Assembly: GCF_001194135.2 (NCBI RefSeq)
Contig: NC_068988.1
Location: 36,406,890-36,470,889, forward strand
Direction of reading: 5' to 3'
Length of the DNA stretch: 64,000 bases
Source: Octopus bimaculoides
Taxonomy: Eukaryota
Under the pieces are notes generated by a model that ran no database searches, was not told the DNA's origin, and was given only the letters and a program-made list of their open reading frames with translations. This document shows positions 53,244 through 64,000 of this stretch, in pieces. Position 1 is the first letter of the stretch. Each line of letters begins with the position of its first letter. The position numbers and the translations under genes were made by a program.

Positions 53244-54016
53244 CGAGAGATACCCAACGGAAACCGGAATTTTGCAATATCATTTTATTCACCTAGATTT
53301 ACATGTTCACACTTCTATTGCCTGCAAAGTATTCACAATTTGAAGCAGTGCATCGGTCCAGATCCATTTCCACTGTTCCAAGCAGTGTTGAGATGCCTGC
53401 GAAGTGATGCTTTTTAAACTTTGCTTCGTGTTTTTTATTCACCTCTTCCACATCTGCAAATTACGTAGCACCGCTTTCGTCAGCAGTGATGAAAGCAGTT
53501 TTGGCAGAAACCTGGCAGACACGTGTCTCATACGCAAACCTTTAGAGGTAATGGACTGAACTCAATCGTAAATAATCTTCGCATCCTCTGATAACTCACC
53601 GTTGGTGATTCGACAATTTCCCCTCACAGCTGCACGCACATCTACGATGTTTTTATCAGTTCTGCTGGTTGCAGTTCTCCCAGAACGTTCGTCAATGTCG
53701 ACATTTTTTCAGCCATCTTGGAAACGTCTGAACCATTCGCACATTTGTATGCAGCTCATACATTTCTCTCCATACACTTCCTGCTACTTTGCCGTTATCG
53801 CTATGACAACTTGCTTTTTCATGGTGAATGCGACAATAACAGGCTACACACCTTCATTCCAAGCACTGCTGAAAACATCGCAAGTGAGCTATAACATTAC
53901 AACTTAGTGTGCCTGCACAGATGAGGTCAAGGTCGATCTGTATCAAGCTGCTTCGCTCTGCCTGCTTTAGATTTGTTACTATTGCAACAGTCTATATATT
54001 AATTAAACAGACCTCG
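53244..54016 (-). mobile_element. Deleted mariner, apparently chimeric: M2-type 5' half with an M1-type 3' end
   Basis: 5' end TA|CGAGGTCTGTT; peptides EWFRRFQDG, RHVSARFLPKLLS; 3' part and TIR (GGAAACCGGAATTTTGCAAT) match 15520-15751. Confidence 0.8.
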
Positions 54017-54317
54017 TATCTGTGTGCGTGCGTCTTATATGTCTGTATGTCTGTATATGTATGAACATAAAACCACTTGACTAAGAAAAAGTTTTCTTTC
54101 CTCCCTCTACTTTCTTTTCCCCTAATCAATTATGACAGCGACAGCAGATTAAGTCATATTATCTAAGCAGGAACACAAGAAATTCTACGTTCATATTTAA
54201 ATTATTTGCGTTTCTGTAATAATATTTGCTTTTATTCATTCCCTAGCTTGATGGAGATATAACAACAAGTCACCTGACACTATAATAAATATGTATTGAG
54301 TTATATCCTTATCGATT

Positions 54318-54367
54318 TACCTGATGACGCCCAGACTGATGGGCCGAAATATGTTGTACCCAATAAA
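54318..54367 (+). ncRNA. Minimal type-I hammerhead ribozyme-like motif (Penelope-type), probably a decayed Penelope terminal repeat
   Basis: TAC-CTGATGA-C-GCCCA-GACTGA-TGGGC-C-GAAA-T-AT-GTT-GTA then AATAAA; complete CUGAUGA and GAAA core, helix II, 3-bp helix I. Confidence 0.6.
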
Positions 54368-54512
54368 GATTTACCCCAACTGCCACTGCGGAGTTCCTGA
54401 ATTAGATCCAACAGAAGTGTACCATGACTACGGATGACAACAGGTTGCCTAAACTGTGCCGGTACTCAACTCAGCATTTAAATACACTAATCGACTTATG
54501 CTTATTTGTCCC

Positions 54513-54548
<36 letters not shown>

Positions 54549-54552
54549 ATTA

Positions 54553-55832
54553 TAATTAAGGGCATAGAAAATATTATTGCCTATATACTGAAAGGTGTCG
54601 TTTAATCGTCGAAGCACATTAAATAGCATCACTATTATTATTACACACCCGACGAAATCGAGCGAGTAAGCCAAAAGAAATTCATAAAATTGAATCATCT
54701 CTGGATCTCCAAATGTCTGGACTAATTCGAAGGTTTTCCCTCCATCAGCAGAGAATACTGAGGAAATAAAAGAAATACTTATACATGCCACAGAAAAGTA
54801 GATGCAGTACCCCAAATATATTCATAGCAAGACTAGACACGTATGTAACTATCAAGAATAGCACACGAATAGCTAAACTGTCGCAAAGTGAATGGGAATT
54901 AATTCAGGGATATGAAAGGATAAAACAGTTAAACATTTCATCAGTGGCCAGCATATAAACATATAGAACTATTAAGGTGAAATCATAAATACAATTATTA
55001 TTAAGGACATAAAAAAAAATGTTCGTCTATACGCTGAAAGGAGACGGTAAATCTTCGAACCACATTAAATTTCATTACTATTATTATTACACACGCATCG
55101 AAATCTAGGGAGCAAGCCAACAGAAATTCCTAATATTGAGTTATGTTTGGATCGTTCAATTTCTGGATTAACCCAAGGTTTTCTCCTTTATCAGCAGAGA
55201 ATACTTAGGCAATAAAAGAAATACTTATACATACCCACAGAAAAGCAGACGCAATATGTTTTCTATGCCCTTAATCATAATTTTATTTGTGAATTCACCT
55301 TAATAAGACTATATTTTCGTATGCTAGCCACTAGTAAAATATTTAACAATTTTATCCTTTCATATTATAATTGAATTAATTCCCATTCACTTCGTCTTGC
55401 CATTTATGTGCTATTCTTGATCGGCTACACATGTGTCGAGGCTTGCTATGGAATTCGATATGAATATATTTGGGGTATTTATATGCGTTCATGATATTGC
55501 GTCTACTTTTCTGTTGGTATGTATAAGTATTTCTTTTATTTCATTAGTATTCTCTGCTGATAGAGAGAACACCTTTGGCTTAATCTAGTAAATTGCCGAT
55601 CCATACATGACTCAATTTTTGATTTTCTCTTTGCTTACTCCCTCGATTTCAACGTGTGTATTAATAATAGTAATGCTGTTTAATGTGGTTCGACGATTTA
55701 ACGTCTCCTTTCAGTATTTAGGCGAGATTTTTTTCTGTGCCCTTAATTATAAATGTCGTTATGATTTCACCTTAACAGGTCTATATTTCTGTATTGTGGC
55801 GACTGATAAAATTTTAACAATTTTATTCTTTT
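54553..55832. repeat. Array of a 445-472-bp unit: about 1.6 forward copies then about 1.2 inverted copies
   Basis: TTAAGGrCAT anchors at 54556 and 55001 (period 445) and, reversed, at 55265 and 55737 (period 472); shared block GCAGAGAATACT...AATAAAAGAAATACTTATACAT in both orientations. Confidence 0.9.
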
Positions 55833-56695
55833 ATATTATATATATNNNNNNNNNNNNNNNNNNNNNNNNNNNNNNNNATATGTTTCGAGAAGGAGAGCAA
55901 CTGGTAGATAAAAATGTAGACAGACTTTGCTACGAATATATGCAACTTCTAACATAAAAGAACTAATTGAATATGAAATTGCACAGCGAGGATTTTTGCA
56001 AATTTGTACTAATCAAAATTTATAAACTTAACCAGTTTAACATTTTAATTATTTTAACAGTCGTAAATCTTGAGGAAGTTGGAACTATCGAAAACTGTAT
56101 CATTTCTGGTATAATACACATACACACATATACACACAAACATAACAGACGGGTACACACACATACACACACAAACACGCGCACACATATATGGATGAAT
56201 ATGAATATGAATATCTGTATTTTGTAATGTTATGTTTACAATTATTATCTGTTTCCTATAGCTTAGCTTTATTTCTATATTGTGCTTTTATAGTATTTTG
56301 CTTCCTTTTTATTTTCAAGATACTGTAGTGTATATTGTTTGAAAGTCATCTAAAGCCATTATCCATTACCATGCGAAATCTGTGATATAGTTTTTAATCT
56401 GAATTTGAAATAACATGTTAATGACCAACTAAAAATGTCTTGCTTAGTTTTGTCATTGACACAAGAAATATATGCAATTTCACTTACATATAAAAATGCA
56501 AACACATATAAATAGGTACTTTAAAATGCAGTCGCAAAATAAGCATACACTTAAATATATACTGGCAATCACATGTATACGAAACTGAAGAGCAAACAGG
56601 ATTTTACAGACAAAATTGTGCCATATATTAAGACAAGAATATACGCAATCATTTCATACGTCCATTGAAGTATCTGTTTCATAAAAATAGTGAAC

Positions 56696-56752
<57 letters not shown>

Positions 56753-58561
56753 TATATATCCAAGTACACATAATGCCAAATACATGCACTCATACATACA
56801 AATGTGTGTATGTACATGTACATTTAATTATACATACACCTACGTGCGTAGATATGTCTCTACGTATGTATAACAAAATCAATTTAAGAAAGACAACACA
56901 GAGTTACTAGACGCATACAGAATAAGCAGTGACATGAAATATTATTAATTTATTTAAGTTAAGTCTACCTCCAGATACTGTAGATACTGTCTGTGTTTAT
57001 TGTTACCAAACCCACACACGAAGAGATGGTAATGTAATGGATGAGAATCCTTTAACATTAACATGCCATTTAACGAATCTGAGTGTCTATTGACATGATG
57101 GTAGTTATAATTTGTTTTGTTTTTTTTGCATCAAATGGTCTATGCAACATTTGCTCTAACTTGCAACGACATACAAAGAGGAGAACGTATTTATGTTTTA
57201 GACAGTTGCCATATTTAGGAGCAATGTGAGCTAAGGAAAATATCGTGCCTCTAGAAATCGAAGTCTCTATACTAATTAAAATCTACTTCTATCTTAAGAC
57301 ATAATATGATTTTAACCTTTTCTTTTTAATCTTTTCTCTGTTTCAACCATTTAAATGTAGTCAAGTTGGCGCATCATTTAAAAGAAACATGAAACATATA
57401 CTCATACCGCTTTTGAAAGAAGAAGACCAACACTTAACTCACATGGACATCGAATATCAAAGAAAATTAGGAAATAATATCCCATAATAAATTTAGATGA
57501 TGAGAAGATAATGAGATATTTGAAACTCGTGGTTAATATTGCAGCCATGTTTGCTGTAACTATTTGAACATTAAAAAGGCATAATCTTTTTCCGTTCTAC
57601 ATTATTTTTCTATATAGATACCTGTTAATTGTCTACATCAGTTGCGATTAGACTATGCTATACAGATAGAGTCCAATAAAAACGAAACTATCTCCTTGTG
57701 CGATATGGCACTTGAACGAAACACTGTTTATTAGAAATAGCTGTAAAGAATGTTCATTTTATTTGTACCGGTCAAATAAGAATTTCTTTTATCAAAGTGT
57801 AATTAACTCCATCGAATTTGTTAGTTTATATGCTGTACCTCCATTGAAGACGGTAAAAGAAGGGGAAATCCGAAAATAGAATTAGACATAACCTGGTTGA
57901 TCATGTTTTTTTTCTCTCCACGAATATGTTGTGTATGCAAAGTGATTATAACACTCTATGCATAGTTCCGGTGAAAAATATTTATATATTTTATTCTACA
58001 GTACAGCATTGACAAAACAAAAAATCACGTGTCTACGCGTTTGTGTGCGTATGTATATGTCTACATGTATTTTCTAAATGGATACTTATGCACAAGTATA
58101 AACCCTAATGTATACATACATATATAATGTATATAAAGATTCATGTTTGCACGCAGAAAAGTTTACATTAAAACGAAATGCAATATTATTCTCCAAAATA
58201 TATTTTGAAAAGGAAACTGCACAAAGTCCATTGAATTTATACTTATTTTTGGAAGAATAGGAAAACAGATTTAGTTATATACAGCCCTCTGTCATTTCAT
58301 CATAATGGAAGTAAGCCTTTGTATTAGCAACCACATATTATCCACTGTATACGTATATAATATCGAGTTTATGAAATGGAAACAAATAAATCGATATGCA
58401 ACATATGGGTGAATATATAAAATGAGGCAGAAATAATTACTTACATAAGAACACAATATAATCGAGACGCAGGTTTAATACAGCATTCCACATAGTTTTA
58501 CCTAGCAAAGTAAGTTAAATATCGTAACACCGACAATGTTTCTAATAATAATGCTGTTGGT

Positions 58562-58695
58562 CTTAATAAAAATAATAATCATAATAACAACAACAACAAC
58601 GACAACGACGACGACAATAACAGCAACAACAAAAACAAGAACAGAAACAACAACAAAAACAACAACAACAATAGTAATCATAATAATAATAATAT
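58562..58695. repeat. Compound (AAT)/(AAC)/(GAC)n microsatellite
   Basis: Directly visible; abuts the 5' end of the second Dong-like LINE. Confidence 0.95.
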
Positions 58696-60640
58696 GAGGA
58701 ACTGGATGGGAAAGAACAAGGTTTAAAAGCCGTGCCGGATGTTGAAGAAAGTAAAAGATTTCGGTCAAACATATGGTCTTGGGAGAAACAAAACGCAACT
58801 GAAGTAGAGTCACTCAAAGAGGAAAGTGGAGACTTCAGTAGGAGTAATTGAGAATAACCGAAGGGATGATTAGAGATCAGTGCAGGAAAATTCCGCTCTG
58901 GAAAGGGCCAGAATCCAGGTGAGATTCAGGACTTTTGGCTTCAAAACTTGACAGCTTTGCACAGGAGAATTACGAGAAAGCTGGACGAAATAGTGAGTAC
59001 TGAAATCCGAGTATCGGACTGGATGACAAAAAGAAGAACGGTACTATGCCAGAAGGACCCAGGTAAAGGAAATGTGGTTCGAAATTTCGACCAATATCTC
59101 GTTTGCCACTGATGTGGAAACCGATGACGGGCATCATATCAAAATTTTTGTCTCTTCTTGCAATCAGCCAGAATAGACATCTATAAGTACCTAGATGAGA
59201 ACGATCTGCTGCTAATAGAACAAAAAGGGTGTAGACGTAAGAGCAGAGGAACGAAGGATCTATTACTAATCGATGTCTATTCTGGCTGATTGCAAGAAGA
59301 GACAAAAATTTGGCGATGGCGTGAGTGGACTACAGGAAAGCATATGATATGGCTCCACACTCATGAATTATTGAATGCCTTAAACTACTTAATGTATCAC
59401 ACAATACTCTGAATCTAATTCAAAACTCAATGACAAAGTGGTAAACTGAACTCACAGTATGGGGAGATAATCTGGGAGAGGTAAATATCAAAAGAGGAAT
59501 CTTTGAAGGGGACAGTCTGTCGCCTCTTATTTGCTGCCTGTATTCTGCCACTAACGAGTGTTTTAAGAAAGATGCCTGTAGGGCACAGGCTCGGCAGGAT
59601 GAACGTAAACAATCTGTTGTTTATAGATGACCTAAAGCTATTCGCCAAGACGGAGAAAGGAATTGAGAGTTTGGCGGTAACTGTGCAGATGATTAGCAAA
59701 TATATTGGCATGGAATTTGAGATCGAGAAATTTGGTGAATCACATAAGGGAGGAAATAAAAAAAATCTATGGTATCGAGCTGGAAAGTGGTGAAGCAATA
59801 AGGGACCCAGGAAAGGAAGGATTAATTACCTGGGTATCTTTGAAAGAAATAAGATGGATGAACACAAGAGAAAAGAAATATACAGGAAAAAGTATTTGAG
59901 GGGATTTCGGCTTGTGCTCCAATCGAAGCTAAATGACCGCAAAAAGATTAGAGCAAGTAACACGTGGGCCGTTGTTTGAGGAGATATAGGGCAGAAATAA
60001 TATTTTGGAAGAAGCATGAATTACAAGCGATAGACTGTAGAACACATAAATTAATGACAATGAACAAGAATCTACACACCAAGAGTGTTGTGTCAAGATT
60101 GTATGTAAAGAGGAGGGAGGGAAGACGGTGATTAGTATGTTGTGAAGTTTGTGTTAGCGAGCCTGGCTTGGAATTTCAAGGGTAGTAAAGAAGAAATGAT
60201 TGAAGGAGTGAAAATGCAGGCTACCTTAAAAGTGAACGAAGCCGTAGATCTAACACAATTTAAGAAAGACCAGAGAGAGCAGATGAAGAAACTTTGGCAG
60301 GAAAAGAAAATGTACACTCAGTTCTTGAAGAATAAAGATGAGATTGATTGGAATAGAATCGGGTAATAGCTTCAAAAAGGAGACACAAAAGGGTTCACTG
60401 AAGCATTAGTGTATAGGGTTTAAGAACAAGCTCTCAAAACAAACCAATCCAAATATCATAATGTAGGATCTGCTCTGAGAAGTGAGAAAGTATAAGCTTT
60501 ATTGTTAGTGAGAGCTGTAAGCTCGCACAACGCGAATACAAAAGGAGACACGATAATGTGGCCAGATATGTCCACTGGCTTTTGTGCGGAATCAGGAATA
60601 GAACAACATAAATAAATAAATGCAGTAAGGATTGAATCAA
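58696..60640 (+). mobile_element. Second, older R4/Dong-clade LINE copy (pre-RT, RT, CCHC), 5'- and 3'-truncated
   Basis: PDVEESKRF, NFRPISRLPLMWK, EQKGCRRKSRGTKDLLLID, DYRKAYD, RGIFEGDSLSPL, LLFIDDLKLFAK, CRIC, YKRRHDNVARYVHW; many stops and frameshifts. Confidence 0.88.
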
Positions 60641-60979
60641 ATGTTAAAGGTATTGTGCGGGAATTATAAAGTTATACCGGTTTCTGTTCAAGCATGTTCG
60701 ATTTCATTCTTCAGGGAACCAGTCCACGAATTAACTATCGCAAATGTGTCTACGTTTATATGCGTTTATAATTATTTCATACGCACATGAAGCTTTTATT
60801 AACAATAATTCACACCAATCATTAATTCAATGTACCACAGTTTTAAACAACGTCGAAGGAAAATGGTTATTAACACTTAAACAGCTGATATCATCATTTT
60901 ATGTTCCTTTAGAGTATGGAAGACGTCATCAATTGATGCTTCATAAATTTTACACCGTTAAAATGTTAGCAAGTTAAGA

Positions 60980-61156
60980 GATGGAGGTAAGTCGATTCCA
61001 TCAACCACAATCATCAGCTGTTACTTATTTTATCGATCTCGAGAGATTGAAAGACAAAGTGTACCTCGGTGGCTCTTGAACTTAGCACGAAAAGAGGGAC
61101 GAAATGCCGCTAAACATTTTGCCGGCCTGTTAACAATTTTGCCAGCTTGCCGCTTT
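60980..61156 (-). mobile_element. SINE family A copy
   Basis: GTTACTTATTTTATCGA...CCTCGGTGG..TTGAAC...GAAATGCCGCTAAACATTTTGCC...TGCCAGCTTGCCGC. Confidence 0.75.
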
Positions 61157-62044
61157 TCTGTCTTCTAATAATAAAAAAATACTCGAACGTCACGTGATTG
61201 ATAAGTGATAATTAAGATACAACCTATCATCTAAGAATGCCGTGAAATGTTCAGCATACCCTTTCCACAAATGTGTGCGTAAAAACAAAACTGATTTTTT
61301 TCCTAAGGGAAATTTTTATATTTATTTTCATTTAAAAAAAATATATATAATAATTTTTAAACTACAGCACAACCTCATCGTTGAAACTTTTCTCAAACTA
61401 TTTCTTTCCTTGAATCCGAAAACTGTATAAACAGACTATGTAAAAGAGTGAACTGAATTTTCTAATTGTTCGGTTCATATGTTGACAACTCTTACGTGAT
61501 CTAAAAATAATTTCGTTACTTGAGCATATCATTGAACTAGCAACCAGAGACTATACTCAACTTTCAAATATTTGGATGGTATGTGGTACAAAATGTTTGT
61601 TTTTTTTTGTTTGTTTTTTTTATCCGCGAAATATATTTTATCCTACCCTAGAAATCTTTAAATCCGAAGGATTACAGTTAATTCACTGTCCAATTCGTAC
61701 ATAACTTATGCATACCGTTAATAATCTATGGAATGAGAAGCACAACCAATCACATTATTCCACGAGGGACATGAAAGTCAAAACGTTAGAATATTCGAAT
61801 GGAGTTTGTACGAAACAAAGTATTCATCACAATTTGCTATCATATATTTTGTTGCCAAAAATAATTTAAGTGCGTGTCAAAGAAACAATACTAATTATTG
61901 TATTGATTCCGCTTTGAATTTCACCGAAACAGTTCACACAATCAGAGATTCAACGAAACATAATTGGTGTTAGGGACTACACTGTATTAATAACTCTTAT
62001 TAGTTTACAATTACTAATAATCTACATGTTGATAAAGGAGAATT

Positions 62045-62160
62045 TTTAGCCCGCCGGGTAAAATATTTAGCGACTATTCATTCCTGTTATCCTTCTTATT
62101 TCAAATTCTCACGAGGTCGGCTTCGCCTTTCACCCTTTCAGTTTTGTAAGCAAATGAATA
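62045..62160 (+). mobile_element. Degenerate SINE family A head
   Basis: TTAGCCCGCCGGGTAAAATATTTAGCG...TTCAAATTC..CGAGGTCGGCTTCGCCTTTCACCCTTTC. Confidence 0.6.
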
Positions 62161-62430
62161 ACTGTCAGTCTGGATAAGCTCGGATTTACAGAAAAGAAAT
62201 CAGTCGACTCGCACATTGCAAGTACTGTCTGTAAAACTATGCAAAACTTTTCTCAGATTTAGAATGTGACTTCATTTTCGTTATCTACATTCCAATAATG
62301 GAACTTTGTTGTATATATGTTAGAAAGGAGCTCCTTCTTCAGAGGAAGAACTTAAATGATTAAAATTAGAAGAGAAACGTATGTCCATCCATCCATCCAT
62401 AATACATACATACATACATACATACATACA

Positions 62431-62461
<31 letters not shown>

Positions 62462-63458
62462 GTGCAATATAAGACGTATATACGTATGCGAAACTAGATG
62501 TAAAACGCTAAACATAAAATAATTTTTAGTCAACATGCAAGAATAATTTAAATCTTAGACACCATTAGAAGAAAACAAGTGCAAAGAAGTGAAAGGTATG
62601 AATAAAAATATTCAATACCTTTCCATGTTAATTTCGCTTTAGAAAAGACAAGCGAATATCGTGTCATTTCATTTTTTGCGACCGAATCCAAAATATCTTA
62701 TGATGCGTACAGTAATGTATTACTATAAAAGATGGGTAAAAAGCTAGTATGAAGTAGCATGTCGGTCTCGCTTGGTGACTTCAATTACTATAAAAGTTTT
62801 TTCTCACTCGCACTCACTTTCTTGCTTTCACTTCTAGATTTTCTTTATACGTTTCTTTGTACTTTTCTTCACCTTTTGTGTGTCCATTAGGATATAGCTT
62901 TTGTTTTGAAATCGTTTTTTTCCCTCCCTTTCCTCATGCGTTACCTTTTTTCTCTACTTCATCCGCAACTTCACTGTGACACATTTTCACATAGTATAAC
63001 TTCATTCCTCTACATGCAATTTGGCTCAAAGAAACGGTTCGCTGGACACGTGTGTTACGACGTACATACTTCGTGTGTGCGCATATACATGCATACAAAT
63101 ATGCATTAATATATGTATGTATGTGTGTGTGTGTGTGTGTGAACGTATGTCTATAAATATATACATCATTTATACATCAACACATATAGGTGTCCATATA
63201 CATCGACATATATATGCATGTCTACATTCCCCAACATGTTTATATTTGTGCACAATCTATGTGTATGCTTGCATGTCTGAACGTGCATCTATTGCTAAAC
63301 AAATCAAAATAGAATATTCTAAAGAAATGCATATTCAAAGGCGTTTACACAGTTATTCTGAAGGCATCCATATCTGATCGTCATTTTAAAAATTATTTAA
63401 CATATTCTAGGATCGGAAATGAGAGTAAATAATATATACATACATACTTTACATATAT

Positions 63459-63465
63459 GTTTGTG

Positions 63466-63542
<77 letters not shown>

Positions 63543-63597
63543 TGTGTGCGCGCGTGTGTGTGTGTATGCGTGTGTGTGTGTGTGTGTGTGTGTGCAT
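63459..63597. repeat. Long (TG)n microsatellite, representative of more than 30 (CA)n/(TA)n/(GA)n/(GATA)n/(CATA)n tracts in the window
   Basis: Directly visible; most N gaps are bounded by such tracts. Confidence 0.97.
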
Positions 63598-64000
63598 ATA
63601 TATGCTTGCGTGTGTATGTGCCCGTGTTTGATGCATGTTTGTATGTACATGTATTACACGATTCACTTTGTTCTGAAGGGAACCAAAGTTCATCTAATTT
63701 ATTCCAAACGTTGCTTATCTTTCTTACTCTATACTTCATGAACAAAGAAGGGATATGGTTTACGATGTTCAGTAGTAGCGAACTTACACTAATTAATACC
63801 ATTAATCACCCACAAAATAATTAAAAAAATAGTAATTAACATTTCTATGCAAACCGTCCTTATAATTGTTCTTTTTTTAATTCATCCACCTTCCAGTTTT
63901 TAATATTCCTGACGAAAAAGGATAGAGAAAACATAGTATAACTCGTTTCTCACTTCGTATGGTATATTCAATACAGCACAACATTTACGTAATGAGACTG

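Overview
AT-rich eukaryotic draft-assembly DNA with dense microsatellites and many N gaps. The SINE families and repeat content suggest an octopus (cephalopod) genome; this is my inference from family recognition, not a database result. I found no intact host protein-coding gene, and most ORF-track entries are microsatellite or N-gap artefacts. The window looks intronic or intergenic and is built from decayed transposable elements: three R4/Dong-like RLE LINE pieces (two abutting (AAT)n), CR1-like and RTE-like LINE fragments, about 17 tRNA-derived SINE copies or fragments, several mariner elements, a pogo element, a Tigger-like MITE, a Helitron Rep fragment and a possible hAT remnant. The features these elements do not explain are mainly structural. 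They are: a ~550-bp spacerless palindrome with a perfect 36-bp inner stem (32487-33042); a near-consensus minimal hammerhead ribozyme motif of the Penelope type (54318-54367); an array of a ~445-bp unit that flips orientation (54553-55832); a ~900-bp foldback (2757-3655); a perfect 40-bp inverted duplication inside an old LINE; and two mariner derivatives sharing one deletion junction, one of them with non-matching ends. A 34-nt minus-strand micro-exon candidate is the only hint of a host gene.
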